Source: the human T2T-CHM13v2.0 reference genome, Homo sapiens
Direction: 5' to 3' (one strand)
Assembly: GCF_009914755.1 (NCBI RefSeq)
Contig: NC_060946.1
DNA length: 64,000 bases
Part shown: positions 1 through 33,800 of the stretch, one piece after another
How the letters are laid out: the number at the start of each line of letters is the position of its first letter
Position numbering within the stretch: position 1 is the first letter of the stretch
Notes under the pieces: generated by a model
Database searches by the model: none
What the model saw: the letters and a program-made list of their open reading frames with translations, nothing else
Told to the model about the DNA's origin: nothing
Made by a program: the position numbers and the translations under genes

Positions 1-228
1 CTCACTGCAAGCTCCGCCTCCCAGGTTCATGCCATTCTCCTGCCTCAGCCTCCCGAGTAGCTGGGACTACAGGCGCCCGCCACCACGCCCAGCTAATTTT
101 TTGTATTTTTAGTAGAGACGAGGTTTCACCGTGTTAGCCAGGATGGTCTCGATCTCCTGACCTCATGATCTGCCCGCCTCGGCCTCCCAAAGTGCTGGGA
201 TTACAGGTGTGAGCCACCGCACCCGGCC
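1..228 (-). mobile_element. AluY (truncated by the window edge)
   Basis: AluY diagnostic GCAAGCTCC, GTTAGCCAGGATGGTCTCGATC. Confidence 0.9.
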
Positions 229-979
229 TTTTTTTTTTTTTTTTTTTTAAAGTGTCATTTGCTGAGAAGGAATACAGGAGATGAGCCAGCGTTGGGGAAG
301 ATGTTGGGTAAAGTATGGAAGTAAAGTGTTTGGGGACATTTGAATGTACTCTGTGGACAGCTATGAATGCAGCCCCAGAGCTAAGGAGAGAGAGCTGGTC
401 GGGTTGGGTTTGGGGCTCATTGGCTTATGGTTGGCAGCTTGGGCATGGGATGAAGGAATGTGCATGGCGGGGGGTGGAGCGCCTGGCGCACTGACGTTTA
501 AGGGGTGACAGAGGAGCTGGGGCTCCGGGAGGCTGAGGGGAGCAGAGGAAGGATGGCGACTCACCTGTAACTGTTTCCTGAGTTCTCTGCTCAGAGGATG
601 GAGACCTCAGCATTTTATCTCTGCCTTTCCTACCCCTGAGGTTCCCTTTTCTTCTCTGTGTCGGGGATCTTCCTGCTGGAGTCTGTCAGCCTCTGGCGCC
701 TTGTGGAGGGAGCCGCTGTGCTGCCCTGGTTGTTTGTAGACAGTGTGCCCTGGGGGCCTTCCACTTCCAAAACAGGTTTTTGTTATAGGAAGTAGGGGGA
801 AACACAGAGACCTGTCTCTGCCCCGAAATACCAGGGACAACCGGTGAGCCCACAGCATAGCTAGAGCTGCCCGTCTCGGGAGGTGCTGGGCAGAGACCAA
901 AGATGGGTGGGGCTGCCCTGGAAGAAGCGAGTGCAGACTGGGCCTTGGATTCCCCCTGTCTTTGTGTTGTTTCTTGCAG

Positions 980-7940
<6,961 letters not shown>

Positions 7941-8014
7941 GTGGGGAGCACCGAGGCAGGGGTGGGGGAATGTGTACTGAGGAGCCGTGCGTCTGCTCCT
8001 GGCTGGCCCGGCCT

Positions 8015-8020
8015 AATAAA
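8015..8020 (+). terminator. Proximal poly(A) signal of NCAPH2
   Basis: AATAAA 75 nt after the NCAPH2 stop codon. Confidence 0.85.
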
Positions 8021-8146
8021 GCAGTGTTGCCATCTCATCTTCCCCCTAAAAACCCTTTTATGTACACCTGCGCAGAGAAGAGGGCTGCCTGGCCTCCCTG
8101 GGCCGCTGGTACAGATCACACACACACACAGATTAAACGCAGCCCG

Positions 8147-8152
8147 TTTAAT
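8147..8152 (-). terminator. SCO2 poly(A) signal
   Basis: ATTAAA on the minus strand 24 nt after the stop, followed by a (TG)n GU-rich downstream element (CA run at ~8117-8130). Confidence 0.75.
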
Positions 8153-8175
8153 GATGGGGCCCAGACTGCAGTGGC

Positions 8176-9195
<1,020 letters not shown>

Positions 9196-9322
9196 CTACC
9201 TGGGATCACCAGCCTGTCACCGCACCCTGCCCTGCACCTGCACCTCAGCAAGGTGAACCTCTTGCTGACGGAAAGCATTCCAAGTGCATGCCTTGCCTGA
9301 ACTAACCACGTTATCTATTTGC

Positions 9323-9328
9323 AATAAA
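9323..9328 (+). terminator. Candidate distal poly(A) signal for a long NCAPH2 3'UTR
   Basis: AATAAA on the + strand inside the SCO2 intron. Confidence 0.55.
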
Positions 9329-10036
9329 CCCATTTCTTAAAAGGAGGTGGGTAACTCTCTGGCTTGCAATCCCCGAGAGCAACCGATTCCTCCAACACTT
9401 TCCTGTTACCTCCAGCCACTTCAACCAACCGCGGCCTTCCTCCACACTCCCAGCAGAAAACCTGCACGACCTACCCCCGGAGCTCAGACTCTCCCCGCCG
9501 GCTGTGTTTAACCTCTCCTGGCAGAGACGCACGACACTTCCACCCGCCACAAAACCCCACCCTCCTCACATCCAGGCTTCCCAGCAGCTCCTCCGGGCTC
9601 ACAGCCGACGCCCTGCCTTTGCGTTGGTGACCTTTGAGCCTTTCCCACGGGCCCCCGCAGAAGGTTTGCTAGGTGCAGGTCTCAGGACTCCCGGTCACTG
9701 CCCCCTCCTGCTGAGGGCACCCTCCCGAGGACTCACTGCACCCCCGCCCGGGCGGTTCTGGGTTTGTGCCCTCCCCAGCAAGGCCAGCGCCCTCGTGGCC
9801 AGAAAGGTTCCAGGACCACTCGAAGCGCCGCGCGAGCGCGTTATAACTGTGCTTGGCCGCGAGAACACCGGTGCCTGCTGGGAGCCTCCCACGGGCGCCC
9901 CAGCCTCGCTCCGGCCTCCAGCGCGCCCTGGGGTGTGCCCCGCCAGCCCCGCGCAGTAGCCGGAGCTGGGAAACTACCCCGGAGTCCAGCGAGTCCTCAG
10001 GGCTACCTCCTCCCCTCCCAGCCCCGGCGTCCGCAC

Positions 10037-14950
<4,914 letters not shown>

Positions 14951-15040
14951 GGACGCGCAGAGAGAGAGAGAGAGAGGCGGACACGATGCGGACTCGCAGA
15001 CTTTAAGCAAACACGTGTGGGGCCGCTCCCGCCTGGCGGG

Positions 15041-16656
<1,616 letters not shown>

Positions 16657-17037
16657 TTACGGCTCGCAGCACCTGCGGACAGAAGGCGGTGGCCGCGGCC
16701 CCTGCACCGCAAATTCTTGGGGAGCGCACTTTCCCACTACCCTGGGATCAGCGCGGGGCGGGGCGGGGCCTGGACCGTATCCCTGGCGCCAGCAAAACAA
16801 ACGCGAGCTTCCTTCCCGGCTGTGTGGAGCTTGGGGCCGGGAGCGGATCCAGGGCCATCACCCGGACTCCAGGCGCATTAGGCAGGGACGTGAACTCGCG
16901 GGGGCCAAGTCTAGACCCAGACTTGGTGAAGGGAATCACCTGGGGGTGGGGTGGGGGCAGGAGATTTTCGTGCTGTTGGGAAAGGGTGCCCCGGGAAGGG
17001 CCTGCGTGGGGGACCCGGTGCCCCGAGGTGCACTGAC

Positions 17038-17160
17038 CTGTTGTGGTAGCTCCTAGCGTGGGAAAACAAAGCGACGTGGCTGGACATCCCCGCTCCGCCC
17101 CGCCCACCTCCCAGACCCCATTGTGGCCCTTTCCCGCTTCCTGGCAACCGCACTGACTGC
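17038..17160 (-). promoter_or_regulatory. ODF3B: ODF3B exon 1 / promoter with GC boxes and an imperfect RFX X-box
   Basis: Donor CAG|gtcagt at 17038; GGGCGG boxes ~17095-17106; GTTGCCAGGAAGC on the minus strand at ~17137-17149. Confidence 0.6.
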
Positions 17161-17563
17161 CTGCCCCCCCAACCTGGGCCCGCCTCCCCCTTCCCCACCA
17201 CCCAGTGCCGCCGCTGGGCCTCTGTGTGGATTCTGTGGCACGGGTGGGATAGTAGCCTGGGCCACCCAGAACGCTGGCCTCACCCTTACCCAAGTTTCAG
17301 TATACCCATTCTGGAATAGGACAAATCTGCAGACAAAAGCAAGGATGGGAATAAAGGAACTGAATAATGCAAAGCACACACTCCATTTAATTATGTGCAG
17401 AGAGAGGACTTATCTATTTAAGTCCATGAAATATTCGCAAAAAAAAATCATGTATTGGGCCACAAAATAATCACACAAATTGAAAAAAAGATGTGACACA
17501 TGATTTGATTACAATCAAATACAATTCTAGGCAAACAAAATGTAAAAAAAGAAGAAGAAAACT

Positions 17564-17787
17564 CAGCCTGGGCAATACAGTGAGACCCATCTCGACAAAA
17601 AACTTTAAAAATTAGCTGGGTGTGATGATGTACATCTGTAGTCCCAGCTATGGGGTCGGTGGCTGAGTCGGCAGGATCTGTTGAGTCTGGGAGTTGGATC
17701 CTGCAGTGAGCAGTGATCCCACCACTAGACTCCGGCCTGGGTGACAGAGTGAGACCTTGTCTTAAAAAAAAAAAAGAAAAAAAAAAG
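17564..17787 (+). mobile_element. 5'-truncated AluJ-like element
   Basis: Alu right arm plus A-tail. Confidence 0.8.
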
Positions 17788-17892
17788 GGAGAGAGAGAAC
17801 AGGAAGCAGGAGCAAACAAATATTTTGAAATTGACAAATCTTTTAAAAAAAACCCTGGATCAAAACTTGTCAGAAATAATCTGGTTACACAC

Positions 17893-18357
17893 TGTAGCAG
17901 GAAGAGCCGCAGACAAAACTCCTCAGACACCAAGTTAAAGAAGGAAGGGATTTATTCGGCCGGGGGCATCGGCAAGACTCCTGTCTCAAGAGCCGAGCTC
18001 CCTGAGTGAGCAATTCCTGTCCCTTTTAAGGGCTCACAACTCTAAGGGGGTCTGCGTGAGAGGTCATGATCGATTGAGCAAGCAGGGGGTACGTGACTGG
18101 GGTCTGCGTGCACCGGGTAATCAGAACGGAACAGAACAGGACAGGGATTTTCACAGTGCTTTTCCATGCAATGTCTGGAATCTACAGATAACATAACCGG
18201 TTAGGTCAGGGGTCCCTCTTTAACTACCAGGCCCAGGGCGCGGCACTGGGCTGTCTGCCTGTGGATTTTATTTCTGTCTTTTAGGTTTTACTTTTTCTTT
18301 CTTTGGAGGCAGAAATTGGGCATAAGACATATATATGAGGGGTGGTCTCCTTCCTTA
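17893..18357 (-). mobile_element. Solo LTR2-family (HERV-E/Harlequin, ERV1) LTR
   Basis: Minus strand begins TAAGG..GGAGACCACCCCTCATA and ends ...GTCTGCGGCTCTTCCTGCTACA, matching the LTR2 consensus as recalled. Internal AATAAA at 17951-17956. Confidence 0.85.
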
Positions 18358-18434
18358 AAACTACATATCAAACACTACAAAGGTAGATTCCCTTCCTACT
18401 GAACTCCTACAGGAGGCAGCTAAAGCTGTGTTCT

Positions 18435-19382
18435 TGTGGGCGGAGGATTACCCAGGTGCCGAGGCAAGAGACTGAAGGCACAAACTGTTTCAGTATAATA
18501 AAGAAAATAGTTACAGTAAGAATAGTTATCATACAAATTAGATATAGAGATGACCATGGACATTATCAATCATTAGTGTAGACATTAGTCATTAACTTTT
18601 AATATTACTCTTTGTTGCATCATTAATATAACCTAGGAATCACCGGCGGGTATAGGGTCAGGTGCTGAAGGGACATTGTGAGAAGTGACCTAGAAGGCAA
18701 GAGGTGAGCCATCTGTCACGCCCATATAAGGGCCGTTTGAGGGCTCCTTGGTCAAGCGGTAACGCCAGTGTCTGGGAAGGCACCCGTTACTTAGCAGACT
18801 GCGAAAGGCAGTCTCCTTTCTTTGAAGGAGTCAGGGAACACTCTGCTCCACCAGCTTCTTGTGGGAGGCTGGATATTTTCCAGGCCTGCCCGCAGTCATC
18901 CGGAGGCCTAACCCCCTCCCTGTGGTGCTTCACTGGTCACGCTCCTTGTCCACTTTCATGCTCCTCCCATACTCCTGGTTCCTCTTTGAAGTTCACAGTA
19001 GATAGCGGTAGAAGAAATAGTTAAAGTCTTAAAGTATTTGATCTTTCTTAGAAATGCATAGAAGAAAACGCTGACGTTTGCTGCCTTCCCTCTCTGCTTC
19101 AGCTACCTAAAAGGGAAGGGGCCCCTGTCCTGTGATCACGTGACATGCTTCACCTTGTCAATCACTCAGAAGATTCACCCTCCTTACCCTGTCCCCTTGT
19201 CTTGTATGCAATAAATATCAGCCGTTTGGGGCCACTACCGGTCTCCTCCTCTTGATGGTAGTGGTCCCCCGGGCCCAGCTGTTTTCTCTTTATCTCTTTG
19301 TCTTGTGTCTTTATTTATTATAATCTCTCATCTCCGCACACGGGGAGAACACCCACTAAGCCCCGTACGGCTGGACCCTACA
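18435..19382 (+). mobile_element. Solo LTR13A (ERVK class) LTR
   Basis: TG...CA termini (TGTGGGCGGAGGATTACCCAGG ... GGACCCTACA), perfect 6-bp TSD TGTTCT (18429-18434 / 19383-19388), AATAAA at 19210-19215. Confidence 0.88.
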
Positions 19383-19426
19383 TGTTCTGAGGAAAATTTA
19401 TAGTCATTTTAAGATGACTTCATTAT

Positions 19427-20449
<1,023 letters not shown>

Positions 20450-20575
20450 CACTCAGAGAGTTTTGTCATGGTTCTTTTCATAGGCATGTGTGCATGAAGG
20501 CCCCCACCCCTTCTTAACCTCTTATTTTGTTTGGGTTCGACACAAGTGACTCCATCTTGATATTGGCAATTTTTA

Positions 20576-22270
<1,695 letters not shown>

Positions 22271-23321
22271 GCTCCTCAAATGAATATAAATATTTAATTC
22301 CAGTAAGATTTCCAATGTTAAAAATAGGAAAACACAAATTTAAAGTTCATATGCAAAAATGTGTTCAATTGTCAAAAAAATTCTAAAACAGGAAAAGAAT
22401 AAAAGGGTTCTTAGGTATTAACCGCATGCGACAGTTAATTTGATGCACCAGGTTGGCTGGGCCACGCACCCCTGGCAGCTCTGTGCATTCCCGGCCCCTT
22501 CCTTGCTCCTGAAGCCCAGCCATCGCGGCATCTTTCTGCATTTGCTGCTTCTGAATCCCTTTGTGTCCTCTTTTCTTGACTTCCGCTGTTAACGTCATCT
22601 TACTAGGTAACGATTCGCTATGTTAATGTTTTTCCTGTTCACATTCCTGGTGTGGCTGTTCCCTTCTGTTTGGAACTAAGTCGTGATAGAGATTTTCGGA
22701 GGGGAAGATGAGAGAGGTTCGGTGAGTGTATCAGGCAGGGGTAGAAATGGATTTATTATGGGGAATATTATAGAATCGCTGGATGAGTTGGTGGTATAAT
22801 AGCTGAGAGGTGGCCTTTGGGACTACCGAGCTTAAGAGGAAACTTGGGTAGCTGTGATTCTGAGATCAGGAACCTGCCGGGAATCCTGATGCCGCACCCC
22901 TGCTGCCCAGGCCTCCCTCAGCGACGGCTGAGTGTCCACAGCCCTGTCTGCCAGCAGTCAGCGCAGGGCGGAGGCCTCCGAGTCATTTCTGCCTTTCACA
23001 TCTTACACAACTGCACTGAATCCAACAGCCTCGCCCGGAACTGTGGCTGCAAGGGGATCTGTAAAACACAGTATTGCCGCATTTGTATTTTAGGTTCTAA
23101 AATACAGGAAAATAAACAAAAGGAGGTGAGAATGGAAGCTGAACACAATGGACCACATCCAGCACAGTGGAAAATCAAGAGTCCTGATGTGAGCACAGCA
23201 GGCTTGAGATGTCGTCTGCCACCCAGTGATGTTCATGGCAGACGTAGCGGAGAGGTCCAGGTCGGAGATGCTGAACTGAGAGGCGTGCACAAGCCGTGGG
23301 AATGGATGGGGCCGCTTAGTG

Positions 23322-23958
<637 letters not shown>

Positions 23959-24159
23959 TTAGGCGTCTCAGCCAACTTTCATGAGTTAGGTTGTGGGATG
24001 TTTGATAAGTGTAGCTTCTCAAGTTTCTGTCATCCTCACCAGGGACCCTTAAGCTGGTGGACTCGTATTTGACATCTGCGGTGAGGTCCTGTTGTATTCC
24101 AGGAAGACTTAATTTTCCAGACTATAATAGATTACTGTGAAACCCCAGCATAATTACCT

Positions 24160-27047
<2,888 letters not shown>

Positions 27048-27608
27048 ACGCATGGTTGCAAAACGTGCTGTTAGTAAGGAACATGACTGAGATCTACATT
27101 CAGGTCCTAGTGCAGTTTCTTTTGCTGTCACCAGGGCCATCTTGCTGGCTTGCCACAGGTTATGTGATAATGACTGGGCATCATTCATGGGAAACTGCAC
27201 TGCGTAAGCAGGCCTGGCTAGGCCCACAGTAGGCCCCGGGCACATTTTCAGCTGCGAAGCGGAGGACTAGCAACCGGTGAGGTAGAAGGAGAACCAAGAG
27301 ATGGTGGGAGAATGGGAACTGAGCTGAGAGAGCTTCCGGAAGGTTGCGGTGGCCTAGGGCGATCCACGTCATTGAGAAACGGCGTTAGGCTGATTTCACG
27401 GGGCAGATGACATGGAAGTGCTGCTGAGGAAGACGCTGAGCTCCGAGGTGAAAAGGGATGAGGACGCCTAAGAAGACACGAGCGCAATACCTAATACAAT
27501 TTCCTGAAATTGTTTCATGTCACACGTTAAAATAATATGAAACACGTTAAATAATAAAATGGTATGAAGGTTTTATCTGAACTACAGTGATTTGTCTTCA
27601 GATTTTGA

Positions 27609-29150
<1,542 letters not shown>

Positions 29151-30313
29151 ATATTTATGGGTGTCATCTCCATCCTCTGAAGGTTTCTGGACCCCAAACT
29201 TAACCAAGAGGCAGAGCCTGAGACTGGGACAGAGAATAAGGGCACGGTCTAGAAAGCCTTCCCTCAACTTGAGGTCCACCTTAAGGCATGGGGCCCACCC
29301 TCACCCTCTCCCTGTCATCTAATAGTCCCAGGGGGAGCTGGGAGGTGAGTTACCTGAGGCTCAGTAGGGTTCAGGCTGGGTGCCAGGGACACTCCTAGGC
29401 CATCTCCTTGCTGCTTGAGTAAGGGAGAAATCCCCAGGCCTGCTGTGTCCCAGAGGAAGGAAAAATACAGACGGTACTTTCCAGGGAGCCCTGCCTTTGT
29501 CCCAGGGACTCCAGGCTCTTTTTCTTGTCTGAGCCTCACCTGGCACCTGGCCCGAGACACTCCTGAGATGGGATTAAGCAAGGAGCAGGTGGAGGAGCCC
29601 AGGCTTCTCCCTCAGGAAGCAAGTGCTCACATCCAACAGAAGTACCTACATGCCGGCCTGAGCCAGGGCTAGGAGGTACCAGCCAGGATGTGGTCTCGAG
29701 GGCGAGTCCTCAGCTCAGATAAGGGAAGGCTGAGGACTGAGATGAAGACACCCAGAGTCTGGCTATTAGAGCACCTGGGGCCAGAGGGGGGTGGTTTCTA
29801 AGGGATCCAGGTGCTGGCTGATGCGGTAACTGGAGTAGGGGGCAGGCTGGGCTCAGGGTTCTCCAGGGGCACAGTGAGAGTCTCATCTGGGCAGTCAAGA
29901 CACTCTCGATGGGCGCAGGGGGTCCAGGAGATCCTAGAAGGTCTAGGTGGGCTGAAATAAGCCTGGCCATAAAGAGAGAAATATGTTTGGATTTTATTTA
30001 TCCCATTAATTTTTTTTTTCTCTTGACTTGATAACCCTATCCCATGTCTGGTAAACCCAGAGTAAGGAGTCCAGAAGCTGCTGGAGGAGGAGCTATGGGA
30101 GCCTCAGTCTCCTCTCTATGCCCCCTCCCTGTGCCCCAGTGCAAACCTCCACAGCACCCCTGCAATGATAATGCTCACTGCCAGGACCCGTGCCCAGGGT
30201 CTCCCTCTTCAGCCTGAGAGACCACCGTCAGGCACAGCCTGCACCCTCCCGTGCACGGCCCCCACCCCTCCCCTGCTGGCCCACAGTGGAATCAGCCTCT
30301 CCGGTTTCTGGTG

Positions 30314-30322
30314 ATTTCATCA
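30314..30322 (-). promoter_or_regulatory. Candidate C/EBP-ATF (ATF4) response element
   Basis: TGATGAAAT on the minus strand fits TGATGnAAn, ~490 bp upstream of the KLHDC7B ATG. Confidence 0.45.
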
Positions 30323-30810
30323 GGGCCACATCACATTGCTAGAGCTAGAGATAACATCTCCCTGTGGGTAACCCTTCCCTGCCAAGCCCCCTGAAGCTGG
30401 GCCCAGGCTGAGAGGAGGGACTGTGGGGTGTGGAATAAATTTAGGGGTGTGAGGGTCTACCAGGCAGAAGCAGGTTGGCTGTGATGACAGCACAGAGCTC
30501 AGGAACGCTGCCTGAGGACCCTGGGGCCTACGAGGAGGAGAAGAGGGCAGGAGCTGGTGGGGTGCTTGCAGAGACCCTGGGCTCCTATCCTGCCATAAGC
30601 CTCGCTGTCTCCTGATATCTGCAGCCAGGCCCTACTGACACCCCCAGGCCTGAGTGCAAGCAGAGACCCCACCATTCCCAGGCCCTGGAGGACTGGTCCA
30701 CCTTAACTGGGCAGCCCTTGGGGCAGGCGCTGGCCGTTGCCTCAGCCCAGGCCTCTGTGCTCTGCATGCACTGCCAGCCTGCCATCAGGCCTCTATTGCA
30801 GCCCTGAACC

Positions 30811-33800
30811 ATGATCCAGGGCACCTTGGAGCCAGATGGTCCCCTGTGGGGCTGGGACTGGGACAGTGACAATGACTGGGATAGTGCTGTGCTGGCCCTC
30901 CTGGCGCTGGCTGTGGTGGCTGCCACAGCGCTGGCCTTACACTGGTTTGGCTCCGGGCACGATCAAGAGGCGGCAGAACCGGTGTCCACAGCCCTCGGGG
31001 CTCAACCTCATCAGGCAGGAGGAGCTGAGCTGGCCCTGCAACCGAAGTCTAAGGTCAGTGATGGCAGCGAGGGGCAGAGCCCAGGGCAGGGGAAACCAGA
31101 GCCCCCAGGACGCGGCCAGCAGAGCCCTGTCCCTGCTGCAGCGCCGGGCGGGGGCCTGGCAGCCATGGCCCGGCTTCCACTCAAGACGGCTGTCGAGGAG
31201 GCCCGCAGAGAGGCATTAGGACAGCAACGGGGCAGTGCCACCCCCGCGGCCCCCCGAGCGGAAGGAAAGGAGCCTCCCAGGCCAGGCACTGCCCTCCTGG
31301 GCAGGAGCGAAGCAGGGGGGATGTCCGCCCCCCTCCTGATCCACTTCACTCCTCGGAGCCCTGGCAGCGAAGCGGAGGCGGAGACAGGTGGTGTCAGGGC
31401 GTCCTCTCGCCAGGCCGCAGGCCCCGCGGGGCAACAGGACACTGGCCCCTGGCAGGCGGGCGCGGGGCCCTCGGGCTCGATGGGGAGAGGCCGGGGCCGG
31501 CGGCGGCGGATGGACGCTGGCTCGGGAGACAGAGCCCGCCGCCCCCGGAAACTGGACCCGCTCCGCCTGGGCGCCGCGGGGAGCGTGTGGGACGCGGTGG
31601 ACGGGGCCGCCGCCCTGGACGCCCACGCGCGCGGCCTCCCCACAGGACCCCCACTCGCCCAGGAGCCCGCACTCCCGGCGCTGCCCGCTCCCCGCGCCCT
31701 GCAGCCTGGGTCTCAGACGGAAGGCTCTGGGGCCAAGGGTGGCTGGAGCAGGGAGGCCTCGGGGGTCCCTGCCCCCGGAGGAGGCTGGCCCTGGGTCAGC
31801 AGGGAGGTCCCGGGCACCCGGAGCTTTGGCCCAGCCCCAGGCTCCACGCGCCCCTGGCTAGAGAGTCCGCCTCAAGGTCGCCCACTCTCGTCCCAAGGGC
31901 CGGGTGCCACAGGGGCCTACGATGCCGGCGAGGCCGGGGCTGACAGCTCCCGAGATAACAGTCCTGCCGCTGACCTGGGGCCCACCCGGCCCCCGGAGCA
32001 AGCAAAGCCGGCCGCAGCCGGCCACAGCCGCGCGCCCTCCCGGAGCCGTGAGCCTCGCCCGCGCTCCGCCTCCCCGCCCGCAGCTCCCGGCCCGGGGTTC
32101 CCACCTGAAGCCCTGACTCTCCCCTCTCCTTCAGACTTTTTGCCCCTGGAGGTTACCCAGGATCCTTCCGTGGGCGAAAATCTCAGAGCGGCGCCAGCCC
32201 CAAGTTCAGCCTCAGCCCAAGTCTTAACTTCAGCTCCAGCCTCAGTCCTAGCCCCAGCCCTGGCTTCATCCCCCAGCTCAGCACCAACCTCAGCCACCAC
32301 CTCAACCTCATCCCCCACCTCAGCCCCAGCCCCAGCTCCAACCTCAGCTCCAACTTCAACCCCAGCCCCAGCCCCAAGTCCAGCTGCAGCCGCAACTCCA
32401 GCCCCAGCCCCAGTCCCAGTCCCAACCCTCACACCCCCATCCCCAGCCCTAACCCCAGCCCTAAGCCCAGCTCCAACTCCAGCCCTAACCCCAGCCGCAT
32501 CCCCAGCCCTAACCCCAGTCCCAACCCCAGCCCTAAGCCCAGCTCCAACTCCAGCCCCAACCCCAGCCGCATCCCCTGCCCCAGCTGACGGGTCAAAGCC
32601 TCAGGAGAGTGTGGCTCTCCCCAGGCGCTACCAGGAGGGGCAGGTCTCAGCCAGCTGGGGAAACCTTATTGCCATGGTTCTTAGAAGCCACCCCTTCCCC
32701 AGGCAAGACAGGCCCCAAGGGAGTGTCCCGAGGGCGGTTCCCGGGAGCCCCGTGGGTCCCAGCACTTCCACACACTCTGAGGACAGACACGGCCCCTCTT
32801 CTTCAGTGGGGACAGTCATAGGGACAGGTACAGGGGGCCTGGTTGAGGCTGGAGGTCAGCCACAGCCAAGAAGCTCCGAGACCAACGGATCGCCCAGCCC
32901 AGACCCTCCCCCAGGCCTAAGAGGAGAGGGAACCAGGGAGAAAAGTCTAGACCCGCTGCCCCAAGCCGCGATGCCCAGGGGCCCCGCACAGCCCCCCGCG
33001 CAGAGGCCGCCTGGCCCCGCGGCCTCCTCCTCTGCGAGGCGCTCACAGCCGGTACCCCAGCTACGGAAACGCAGCAGGTGCGAAATCGCCCCGAGCTCGG
33101 AGCAGGAGGTCAGGCCGGCCGCCTCGGGGGACCCTCAAGGGGAGGCGCCGGGGGAGGGGGGCAGCCCTGCCGGCCGCAGCGGGGCGCTCACGGAAAAGCA
33201 GGAGGAGGCCCGGAAGCTCATGGTGTTTCTGCAGAGGCCCGGGGGTTGGGGGGTGGTGGAGGGGCCCCGGAAGCCCAGCTCCCGGGCCCTGGAGCCCGCC
33301 ACGGCGGCAGCCCTGCGGCGGCGGCTGGACCTGGGCAGTTGCCTGGACGTGCTGGCCTTTGCCCGGCAGCACGGAGAGCCCGGCCTGGCGCAGGAGACCT
33401 ACGCGCTGATGAGCGACAACCTGCTGCGAGTGCTGGGAGACCCGTGCCTCTACCGCCGGCTGAGCGCGGCCGACCGCGAGCGCATCCTCAGCCTGCGGAC
33501 CGGCCGGGGCCGGGCGGTGCTGGGCGTCCTCGTACTGCCCAGCCTCTACCAGGGGGGCCGCTCAGGGCTCCCCAGGGGCCCTCGTGGCGAGGAGCCTCCT
33601 GCGGCGGCCCCTGTGTCCCTGCCTCTACCTGCGCACCTGCATGTGTTCAACCCCCGGGAGAACACCTGGCGGCCCCTGACCCAGGTGCCCGAGGAGGCCC
33701 CGCTTCGGGGCTGCGGTCTCTGCACCATGCACAACTACCTGTTTCTGGCGGGGGGCATCCGTGGCTCCGGTGCCAAGGCCGTCTGCTCCAACGAGGTCTT

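Noticed and set aside
9245-9300. Small hairpin TCAGCAAG..CTTGCTGA and p53-like CATG/CTTG cores in the SCO2 intron
   Set aside because: The stem is short and the half-sites are imperfect; not distinguishable from chance by eye.
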